Source of the DNA: Macrostomum lignano
Taxonomy: Eukaryota
Assembly (NCBI GenBank): GCA_002269645.1
Contig: NIVC01001875.1
Coordinates: forward strand, 1-42,055
Reading direction: 5' to 3'
DNA: 42,055 nt
Shown here: in pieces, positions 10,955-22,700 of the stretch
Numbering within the stretch: position 1 is the first letter of the stretch
Layout of the letters: the number at the start of each line of letters is the position of its first letter
Position numbers and translations under genes: made by a program
Notes under the pieces: model-generated
Database searches by the model: none
Told to the model about the DNA's origin: nothing
Seen by the model: the letters and a program-made list of their open reading frames with translations, nothing else

Positions 10955-13900
10955 ATGGCCGACATCACAATGCGACTCATCTGGTACCGGCTGAACGAAC
11001 TCTATAATAGTACGTCGGAACAACTGGCCGGTACAGATCTGGCTAAATTAGACGTCCTTGACCTGCTGTTTGTCGGCTGGTGCCTATTCGGCATTCTCGC
11101 CGTTGTCATAATCAATTTTATCTACGAATTGGTTCATCCAAAGCAGCAACAACAGAAACAGACGGTTGGCAATAAGAAACAGGAGAGCCAGCACGTGACG
11201 CCAGTGCTTCTGCGATCCAAACAGACTCCGCCTGTTCAGCAGAATGGGCCGCTGAGCTCCATCGACGAGTTGATTGAACCGAACTCATCAAGCGCAGAGT
11301 CCTGCTGCTGGCTCAACACTCTGGTTGCTTGGCTGTTTCTGAATAGAAGCGGCGCTCCAGCCCTGCTAGAGGCCTGGCTCAGCGCACTGAACTATGCGCT
11401 ATCCAAAGAGAAGCAATTTGATGGACGAGTGAGTGTCACGAATATTAGCCTTGTCTGTTTTGTTTATCGTATCGGGGTTTCTTCAGTTTGCAACCAACTC
11501 TACCTTATGGTTCTGTTTCTGATTGTCAGATTTTCATTTCTTTTAGTTCAGGTTGCTCCACATTGATCTAGTTTGATTCCGGTTCATCTAGTTTGATTCC
11601 AGTTCATCAAGTTTGATTCCGGTTCATCTAGTTTGATTCCGGTTCATCTAGTTTGATTCCAGTTCATCAAGTTTGATTCCAGTTCATCAAATTTGATTTC
11701 GGTTCTTCAAGTTTGATTCCGGTTCATCTAGTTTGATTCCAGTTCATCAAGTTTGATTCCGGTTCATCTAATTTGATTTCGGTTCATATAGTTTGATTCC
11801 GGTTCATCTAATTTGATTCCGGTTCATCAAGTTTGATCCCGGTTCATCTAATTTGATTTCGGTTCATCATGTTTGATTCCGGCTTATCAAGTTTGATTCC
11901 GGTTCATCTAATTTGATTTCGGTTCATCAAGTTTGATTCCGGTTCATCAAGTTTGATTCCGGTTCATCTAATTTGATTTCGGTTCATCAAGTTTGATTCC
12001 GGTTCATAAAGTTTGATTCCGGTTCATCTAGTTTGATTCCGGTTCATCAAGTTTGATTCCGGTTCATCTAATTTGATTCCGGTTCATCAAGTTTGATTCC
12101 GGTTCATTAAGTTTGATTCCGGTTCATCTAATTTGATTTCGGTTCATCAAGTTTGATTCCGGTTCATCAAGTTTGATTCCGGTTAATCAAGTTTGATTCC
12201 GGTTCATCTAGTTTGATTCCGGTTCATCAAGTTTGATTCTGGATCATCAAGTTTGATTCCGGTTCATCAAGTTTGATTCCGGTTCATCAAGTTTGATTCC
12301 GGTTCATCAAGTTTGATTCCGGTTCATCAAGTTTGATTCCGGTTCATCAAGTTTGATTCCGGTTCATCTAGTTTGATTCCGGTTCATCAAGTTTGATTCT
12401 GGATCATCAAGTTTGATTCCGGTTCATCAAGTTTGATTCCGGTTCATCAAGTTTGATTCCGGTTCATCAAGTTTGATTCCGGTTCATCAAGTTTGATTCC
12501 GGTTCATCAAGTTTGATTCCGGTTCATCTAATTTGATTCCGGTTCATCAAGTTTGATTCCGGTTCATCAAGTTTGATTCCGGTTCATCAAGTTTGATTCC
12601 GGTTCATCAAGTTTGATTCCGGTTCATCAAGTTTGATTCCGGTTCATCAAGTTTGATTCCGGTTCATCAAGTTTGATTCCGGTTCACCATGTTTGATTCC
12701 GGTTCATTAATTTTGATTCCGGTTTATCAAGTTTGATTCCGGTTCATCAAGTTTGATTCCGGTTCATCAAGTTTGATTCCGGTTCATCTAGTTTGATTCC
12801 AGTTCATCAAGTTTGATTCCGGTTCATCAAGTTTGATTCCGGTTCATCAAGTTTGATTCCGGTTCATCAAGTTTGATTCCGGTTCATCAAGTTGATTCCG
12901 GTTCATCAAGTTTGATTCCGGTTCATCAAGTTTGATTCCGGTTCATCAAGTTTGATTCCGGTTCATCTAATTTGATTCCGGTTCATCAAGTTTGATTCCG
13001 GTTCATCAAGTTTGATTCCGGTTCATCAAGTTTGATTCCGGTTCATCAAGTTTGATTCCGGTTCATCAAGTTTGATTCCGGTTCATCAAGTTTGATTCCG
13101 GTTCATCAAGTTTGATTCCGGTTCATCAAGTTTGATTCCGGTTCATCAAGTTTGATTCCGGTTCACCATGTTTGATTCCGGTTCATTAATTTTGATTCCG
13201 GTTTATCAAGTTTGATTCCGGTTCATCAAGTTTGATTCCGGTTCATCAAGTTTGATTCCGGTTCATCTAGTTTGATTCCAGTTCATCAAGTTTGATTCCG
13301 GTTCATCAAGTTTGATTCCGGTTCATCAAGTTTGATTCCGGTTCATCAAGTTGATTCCGGTTCATCAAGTTTGATTCCGGTTCATCAAGTTTGATTCCGG
13401 TTCATCAAGTTTGATTCCGGTTCATCATGTTTGATTCCGGTTCATCAAGTTTGATTCCGGTTCATCAAGTTTGATTCCGGTTCATCTAATTTGATTCCGG
13501 TTAATCAAGTTTGATTCCGGTTCATCAAGTTTGATTCCGGTTCATTTAAAAGTTTATCTCTGGTGCATCCAGGTTGCTTCCGACTTCTCTATATTTCCTT
13601 CTATTTGGCTTCCATCTAATTTATTCATTATGATTCTGAAAAAGTACTCTTTTCAAACGTATTTTTAAGCTAGATCCTAATCTGGTTGATTGCAAAAGCG
13701 AGCATAGAGAGTAAATTCTTCACCCGGCTTGAAATAAAGAGTCCTTAACAAGAATTAGGTACACGTTTATTACAGCGTGCTAATTCTTCCACATGCACCC
13801 TGTTACCATGCATAATTAACTGGGCTGCCGCCAGATAAACCCTACAATACTGTAACGTGTGTAGTTCTGATAGAAAGAAAACGGACTTGAAAGAGTTTTT

Positions 13901-16681
13901 AAATGCATCTTTTAGCTCATCAATATACATGATAAACAAAGTCCTTGAAAATCGTTTTTTTTTGCTTTAAGGTTCTAATTTTTTGTGGCCTTTGCTTCCA
14001 TCAGCTTCAAGCTCCGCAGTTCTAAGGCAGAAGTTGTTTCTATATAGGGGCTAACAGTATACGCAGTATGTATAGGTCAAGTTTTAGTCAAGTTCACTGC
14101 GTTGGGAAACTGCATGGCCCAAACAGCTAGTGGATTTTGGTTTGGCTCTGTCCGAATCTTGATTTGCCTGATTGGGAAGGCAGGAGGAAAAGCAGCGGTC
14201 GGTGCAAGGTTTGGGGGAATCTGGATTTGCAAGATTTGCTTGTCCTTCGCTGCCCTCTGCTTTGCCTAAGCCAAGAAGACTTAAAACACCAGAACCAGAA
14301 CCAGAAGCAAACAGACCGTGCAGTTTCAATTATTATTCAATATTTCAATTTTTTTCGAACTAGACATCAAAGAAGTTTGATGTAGAAAAGTCAATATTAG
14401 CTTCATAAGTGTGTTAGCCCAGAATTAAATGATTGTTTTACTCAAAGACGATAATTACTTATGGACTACCAGGGGCGTCGCCATGGATTTTATGGTGGGG
14501 GGGGGCAGAGCAAAGAATTTTAGATATACATGTACATGACTAAATTCCTATGTGTACATTATTTTGAATGTCGGTGTTGTCAGCGCTCATTTTGGCGCCC
14601 AGGCACTCGCTTTAGCGCCGCAGGAACTCATTTTAGCGCCGCAGGCACTCATTTTAGCGCCACAGGCACTCATTTTAGCGCCACAGGCACTCATTTTAGC
14701 GCCACAGGAACTCATTTTAGCGCCGCAGGAACTCATTTTAGCGCCACAGGCACTCATTTTAGCGCCGCAGGAACTCATTTTAGCGCCACAGGAACTCATT
14801 TTAGCGCCACAGGTACTCATTCTAGCGCCGCAGGTGCTATATTTAAGTGCCCAGAAAAAAATTATTGATTTCCACAACGGGTCACAAGGTGGGGTTGGTG
14901 GATATAGCATTGTAATGTCCCCCATAGCTTTTACTGGGGGGGGGGGTACATGTCCCCCTTGTCCCTCCCCCGGTGGCGACGCCCCTATGGACTACTCAAG
15001 TAGAAGAAGAAAGAAAGATGGATTCTACACTCAGTTTTCTTAGAGATGAGATGGAGGCGTTTTAAGGAACGATAATTTGTCGCATTTAGTATGTTCTCGA
15101 GAACGCATAGCCAGGGAAACCTCTATGACCGCAGCGACCATAGAAGCTTCCTTGGCATAGCGCTTAATGGGGTTTTGCCATAGACAAAATCGGTGGAGAA
15201 AACATCCGATTTAGCTGTCCATGTGATGAATTTAGTAAATCATGACCCAGAAACTGCAGTCAGACAGAGTTCTATTTAGACATTCTTGTGGCTAGATCCC
15301 CGTCGCAGCTCCATACCAGCCCCTCGCGCAGCGGGGAGCCTGCAGGTTGCAGCTGCACCAAGTCTGGATTTTGGGCCGCAAGCCAAAATGCACTGTTTTT
15401 GTTTGGCTAGAACTAGAAAGCTTCTGTTGTTCTGTTTTTTCTGTGCTGCAGTTCTGCAATAAAATTGGGATAGAAACAGTCTGCTTGCAGCATCCAAGGA
15501 TTCAGAGAGGTCAAGCTGTTGTGCTGACCCCTTTCGTTTTGAGGTTTTACCCCGCTAATTGTTTTCATCAAGAAATCTGACAAGCATGATTGACAATTGT
15601 TTCTTCAATTCCAAACTTCCAATATTTATACTTTATGGTTGCGTATGGCAGAGCAGCGTTGGGCGGGAGGGGCCAACCCCTAAGGCCTCAAGACACAGAG
15701 AGGTACATGCCTGACCGATTAGAAAGTCAAAGGGCCGCTGTGAGCGTGTGTGCATGAGTGCACAGAATGGTCAAAATTGCCTCACCGTTGATTGCGTGAT
15801 GATGCCAGCGAATGTGAGCTGATACCGCAGGGATATTTATTTCATCAAATCAGTAAACCCCCCAAAGCCTTTTGTCTTTTGAAGTCTACGAGTACAAAGT
15901 TCTTCAAAACAATTCCCTAAGCCAGCTTTGTTTACCTTTTGGCAAATTGTTTTTCTGGTTTATTTGTTCGTTTTATTGTGGCCATTCAACTCCTTCCTGT
16001 CTATTTATGTTTACGATTTATTGTCCTTCTTAGTTCTTTACTTGGTTTTTTGTTTGTGAAGATTCACACTATTTCTTCCAAATTTAGCACCATATATTCA
16101 GCTGAAGGTAGAGGTAGACGGTGCTCCATTTTCTTAGAGATGAGCTGGGGGCATTTTGCTCGACCGAACTTGTCTATGGCTAAACCTCATTAAACGCTAT
16201 GCGTTCTCTCTAGAGCGCACTAAATGCAATTGGCAATACGACAGATACGCGTTCTTTACTCGCGACGGTAGCGCGTTCTTCTACTTCAACTGCCCATGTT
16301 TAGCATAAGGAAAGATATAAGTGCAATTAGTATGGCGTGTATTTGCGTGCATACGTGTACACCACACCTCTTTCTAGTCTGCGTACACTCAAATTCACTC
16401 AAGTGTACTAATATCTAGAAAATGTGAATACTACATTACTCGTATGTGTATAAGTGTAATGGGCGTTGGCCTTGCGCTATATTTTCGGGCTCGCGGTCGT
16501 GTAGAATATAAGTCGAGCTACAAAACAACCCTTCCTTTTTTGCTGCTCCCTCTTGTCTTGCCGGCTAGGGAGAAAGACGGGTTTGTGGGGGTAGAGAGTG
16601 GGAAACAGGCCTGAAGAGACAGAGTGGCCTGTCACCCAATGGGAAAAATTGCACAATCGCATAATCTATATGGCAACGGGC

Positions 16682-16738
<57 letters not shown>

Positions 16739-19700
16739 GTAGCTCGTGAAATTGATTTTTCCCTGTGTTAGTTGAACACCGTGCATGGGCCCGGTGACGC
16801 TATAGCTAGCTAGTGCGGGGTGATTTTGGCACTTTAGGTTTCTAACAGCCTTAGAAACCTGTGTTATTCAGGCTAACGGATTAGAGAAGGCCAGCTTGTA
16901 AAGTTAGGAATTAGAAGTATTAAATGTAGTAGTACAGTGTAAATTTATGGACAATATGTCATAATTACTTTACTAAATAATTTACCAAGCTTAGTAAATT
17001 GAATTTGGATTAAAATCCAAGGGGAAATTTCTTTTTTTTTCAAGGGAATTCGTTAGGAAACATACAAAAATAGGTGATGCCCTATATTCTGTTGTGGCAT
17101 TGTATCTTATATCCTGATGTGGTGTCCTATATCCTGATGTGGTGTCTTATATCCTGATGTGGTGTCTTGTATCAAGCTGTGATAGATAACATCCTCCTGA
17201 AGGGGAGGCTTATGCTATATAGTGTGTTTTGGATACACACTCAACTGATAGCTTCCATCCTAAGGTGGTAGCTTCCACCCTGAGGTGGTAAGTAGCTTCC
17301 ACCCTGAGGTGGTAAGTAGCTTCCATCCTGAGGTGGTAAGTAGCTTCCATCCTGAAGTGGTAAGTAGCTTCCATCCTGAGGTGGTAGCTTCCACCCTGAG
17401 GTGGTAAGTAGCTTCCACCCTGAGGTGGTAAGTAGCTTCCATCCTGAGGTGGTAAGTAGCTTCCATCCTGAGGTGGTAAGTAGCTTCCATCCTGAGGTGG
17501 TAAGTAGCTTCCATCCTGAGGTGGTAAGTAGCTTCCATCCTGAGGTGGTAGCTTCCACCCTGAGGTGGTAAGTAGCTTCCACCCTGAGGTGGTAAGTAGC
17601 TTCCATCCTGAAGTGGTAAGTAGCTTCCATCCCTGAGGTGGTAAGTAGCTTCCACCCTGAGGTGGTAAGTAGCTTCCATCCCTGAGGTGGTAAGTAGCTT
17701 CCATCCTGAGGTGGTAAGTAGCTTCCATCCTGAGGTGGTAAAGGGGGGGGGGCAAAGTCGCCTGTCTCTACACAAAAACTTATGTACGCATTAATAGCTA
17801 GTAAATCTCATTGTCTTGGAAGCTAGAAACGCCTATTCTATCACAAACTATAATATAGGTTGAAGTACAAGAGTACATTATGCGAGATCGAAAAATCACA
17901 AAGTGGCTTATCTTATAATGCTCGACCCGGGGTCCGGAATTAGTAAATCATTCAATGCACCTGTACACTTGACGTCGTTCAGGTCCATTTTGCTCATATT
18001 AGTTTATCGATTCAAAATTAAATTATTAACTGAAAAAAATTGCATTAAAACTATCAAGTTCACTTATTTCTGACACTATTTCAATGCGCATACAGAGCCT
18101 TGTATTCGAGGACATCATTGTGGGCGACACTCCTCCGGAGATCGTTTCGGTGCGCGGATCTCAAGGTGACGATTTGCATAATATGGTAAGTATTTGCTTA
18201 GGGGAGGGGCGGCTATCTTTTATGGTTTGACTACCTCTGTAGCTACAAATCTAGTAGGTGTTACTTATACATATGAGTGAGATACTGCAGAGCGGCTGTT
18301 GGGTGTGATACCACTAGAAAGTGATAATGGTTCAGACACTGAAGCGTGTAATACATAAGGGTTGAGATACTGGGTGGTTGAGACACTGGGTGGTTGAGAC
18401 ACTGGGTGGTTGAGACACTGGGTGGTTGAGACACTGGGTGGTTGAGACACTGGGTGGTTGAGACACTGGGTGGTTGAGACACTAGGTGGTTGAGACACTG
18501 GGTGGTTGAGACACTGGGTGGTTGAGACACTAGGTGGTTGAGACACTGGGTGGTTGAGACACTAGGTGGTTGAGACACTGGGTGGTTGAGATACTGGGTG
18601 GTTGAGACACTGGGTTGTTGAGACACTGGGTTGTTGAGACACTGGGTGGTTGAGACACTGGGTGGTTGAGACACTAGGTGGTTGAGACACTAGGTGGTTG
18701 AGACACTAGGTGGTTGAGACACTGGGTGGTTGAGACACTAGGTGGTTGAGACACTGGGTGGTTGAGACACTGGGTGGTTGAGACACTGGGTTGTTGAGAT
18801 ACTGGGTGGTTGAGACACTGGGTTGTTGAGATACTGGGTGGTTGAGACACTGGGTTGTTGAGACACTGGGTTGTTGAGACACTAGGTGGTTGAGACACTG
18901 GGTTGTTGAGACACTGGGTTGTTGAGACACTGGGTGGTTGAGACACTAGGTGGTTGAGACACTGGGTGGTTGAGACACTGGGTGGTTGAGACACTAGGTG
19001 GTTGAGACACTGGGTGGTTGAGACACTAGTTGGTTGAGACACTGGGTGGTTGAGACACTGGGTGGTTGAGACACTAGGTGGTTGAGACACTGGGTGGTTG
19101 AGACACTAGGTGGTTGAGACACTGGGTGGTTGAGATACTGGGTGGTTGAGACACTGGGTTGTTGAGACACTGGGTTGTTGAGACACTGGGTGGTTGAGAC
19201 ACTAGGTGGTTGAGACACTGGGTGGTTGAGACACTGGGTGGTTGAGACACTAGGTGGTTGAGACACTGGGTGGTTGAGACACTGGGTGGTTGAGACACTG
19301 GGTGGTTGAGACACTAGGTGGTTGAGACACTGGGTTGTTGAGATACTGGGTGGTTGAGACACTGGGTTGTTGAGACACTAGGTGGTTGAGACACTGGGTG
19401 GTTGAGACACTGGGTTGTTGAGACACTGGGTTGTTGAGACACTGGGTTGTTGAGACACTAGGTGGTTGAGACACTGGGTGGTTGAGACACTAGGTGGTTG
19501 AGACACTGGGTGGTTGAGACACTGGGTTGTTGAGACACTGGGTTGTTGAGACACTAGGTGGTTGAGACACTGGGTGGTTGAGATACTGGGTGGTTGAGAC
19601 ACTGGGTTGTTGAGACACTGGGTTGTTGAGACACTAGGTGGTTGAGACACTGGGTGGTTGAGACACTAGGTGGTTGAGACACTGGGTGGTTGAGACACTG

Positions 19701-22700
19701 GGTGGTTGAGACACTGGGTGGTTGAGACACTGGGTGGTTGAGACACTGGACGGTTAAGACACTGGGTGGTTGAGACACTGGACGGTTAAGACACTGGGTG
19801 GTTGAGACACTGGACGGTTGAGACACTGGACGGTTAAGACACTGGGTGGTTGAGACACTGGGTGGTTGAGACACTGGGTGGTTGAGACACTAGGTGGTTG
19901 AGACACTGGGTGGTTGAGACACTAGGTGGTTGAGACACTGGGTTGTTGAGACACTGGGTGGTTGAGACACTGGACGGTTGAGACACTGGACGGTTAAGAC
20001 ACTGGGTGGTTGAGACACTGGGTGGTTGAGACACTGGGTGGTTGAGACACTAGGTGGTTGAGACACTGGGTGGTTGAGACACTAGGTGGTTGAGACACTG
20101 GGTTGTTGAGACACTGGGTGGTTAAGACACTGGACGGTTGAGACACTGGGTGATTGAGACGCTGGGTGGTTGAGACACTGAATGGTTTAACTCTAGATCG
20201 CATGCTAATAGAGTTTAACTCTAGAGAACATGCATACTACGAGTTCAGGGTGGTATACCATACTGCACTTTTGTTTATAAGTAATACTTCCTGCGCAATT
20301 CGAAAATAAAATCAGGAGTTACTGCTCGATGTGCGCGCGGCAGAAGTCAGACTGAAGGTTCGCCTGTCCCGACTGGAAGCGTGCGAGGTCATTCTGAGCG
20401 AAATTGTGGCCCAGGTAATTGTTATATATAGTTCTTTCAAAGTGTAAATTCTCTAAACGTTACTATTAGTTAGGAAAAATGCGCAGTTCTGTCACAAAAA
20501 GTCATTTTCAGGCGATTTTTCTGTCTACATAAAACGCAATAGAAACACGAGCGTATACGAGCCGTACGCGTCTGCAGTCAAAGTGTGACTCAGTATAGCG
20601 ATTTTTCTTCACTAATTAGAACTCTGGGGATTGCTTTCAAACTTTGAAGACGCTTTTTGCCAATTAGTTTCCGCTACAGTGTTGACAGCTGCAACGGGCG
20701 GGATGTTCTCGTCGGTCGGTTTTTGTTTTGTTCGCTTGTAGTTTGTATACTCGTAGTATTCCCCTGGCTGTGTGCTTCGTGAAGTGTCAAGTTATTAGCA
20801 TAGGGTTATTTCAGTCTCCCAAGGAGAAAAGCATTGCTGAATGATAAATTCGAATCTTTAGGCTCCTAATTAGATGCGTAGGGTGACCTATTGAAATTCG
20901 TCAGAGGGTTATGTAACAGCTATCAAGTAGATTAGTGCGGTACTGCATTGATTAGTCAAGTCGATTGATTCAGCACCTCATCGACTTGTCAAGTAGATCG
21001 ATTTGGTACCTCATCGATTAGTCAAGTAGATTGATGCGGTACCGCATTGATTAGTGAAGTAGATCGATTTGGTACCTCATCGATTAGTCAAGTAGATTGA
21101 TGCGGTTCCGCATTGATTAGTGAAGTAGATTGATGCGATACCTCATCGATTGATTAAGTAAATACGGTACGTCATGTGCGAAATCGAGAAATCAAGTAAA
21201 TTTTCATCTCCGTCGACTGTTATTCAGGTGTCCGCCGACTTGCGCCTCTGCCCCGAAGGATTCAAAGGCTCCCTACGTCTAGTTGAGCGGCCAAAGCTTC
21301 GCTCCGAGGTGGTCCTGGTCGGCAAGCCATCGTCTACAGGGGCGGCTGCAGCAGCGACGGGAAGCTACGCTTGGATAGCCGAGGAGGTAACCACGGCTGT
21401 CAGTCAGGCCGTCACTGAGATCTTCCTGACTGACAGCGAGCGAAACAGCGGCTCCGGAAGTCCGCACCTGCAGCCGCCAAGTCGATCGTCCGCAGTTAGC
21501 GGCTGCTTCGAGTTCGGTCCAGGTGGCCAGTCAGCGTCCGCTGCGGTCAGTAGACGAGACAATGCCAGCCAGACGACGTCTTTACCACCGTTGCCTCCAT
21601 CAACATCGTCGACGGTAGCCGCGGCTGCTGCAGTCGCTGCTGCTGCAACTGTAACAGCTGTTGTGGCACCGACAGGTGACGCTAAAAATGGCGTCCCAAT
21701 AAGCGACGATAGTTCGGTGAGATTTTTTCATTGCTTCGGTCCATAGCTATGGATATTTGAAATCGGCCGTTTAAAATTTTCTTTAGCTCAAATGCTTCAG
21801 GCATAGTCTACTAATACTAAAACTCTAGCGATGTTTGTCTGTTTGTTTGTTGCAGTTTTTCTCCTAGACTACTGGCAACTCAGCGTCGAAACTTATATGG
21901 GGAAACTGCATGGAATTTCAGGTGATGGATTTCAGGAAATGGAATTCCGATGATGCGAGTTCTTCCTCTTTCTTTTCCGAAGGAGGAGTTCCACTCGTTC
22001 TTTTTCTATAATTAAGTAGAAGTGCGAGCGTAATTTAGTACAACCGTATGCTGTAAACTGACTTTTCTATTGATTGATAATCTGCTACTTTGATATTAAA
22101 GCTTTATAACTGAGGCTCCAAGTAGCAAAGAAGTTTATGCATCGACGCTTCCAAATCTGCACATTTTCTGTTGCAATTAATGGCTTGAAGTTTCTATTCA
22201 GTCATAAAAAATGTTAGCAGAAATTTTCAAGCTGCAGGGGGGTCGCAAAAAACACTTACTTTTTATTGCAGTGCAGCTAATGGAGCGTGAGGAATTGGGT
22301 TGCAAAGAATGCTTTGCTTGTACAATTTCGTCAAACTTTCTTCAACCAGGTCTTGTGCCTTCATCTTGCGTATAATAGTCGCACTTGGGACATAGTAACA
22401 TTTTTTACCCTGAGGAATCGATGTGCAGCAGATTTTATGATCAGATTTTTAAGTAAACATCTAAATGGCGCCGATTGTTAGTAGCTACGACTTCATGCGG
22501 CAAAACTTTCAGCTAAAGATTCGAATAACACTTAGATATTCCGTTTTTAGGGAGCTGGTGTGCTATACCTTTCGCTTATATCTCGGATTGCTTTTTGTTT
22601 TTACCAGTTCTTTGTGTACATTTAACGGTAGTTTTTTAAAGTAAGTTGTAGCCTTTATGGGCTCTCAACGAGTCCGGTTTTTTCAATTCATCTTTCCGGC

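Noticed and set aside
11570-13547. CRISPR-like appearance of the tandem arrays
   Set aside because: Units are contiguous with no unique spacers, there are no cas genes and the context is eukaryotic.
17210-20203. Many repetitive ORFs (MEATYHLR, SQPPSVSTTQCLNH)
   Set aside because: Translations of 24-bp and 16-bp intronic satellites.
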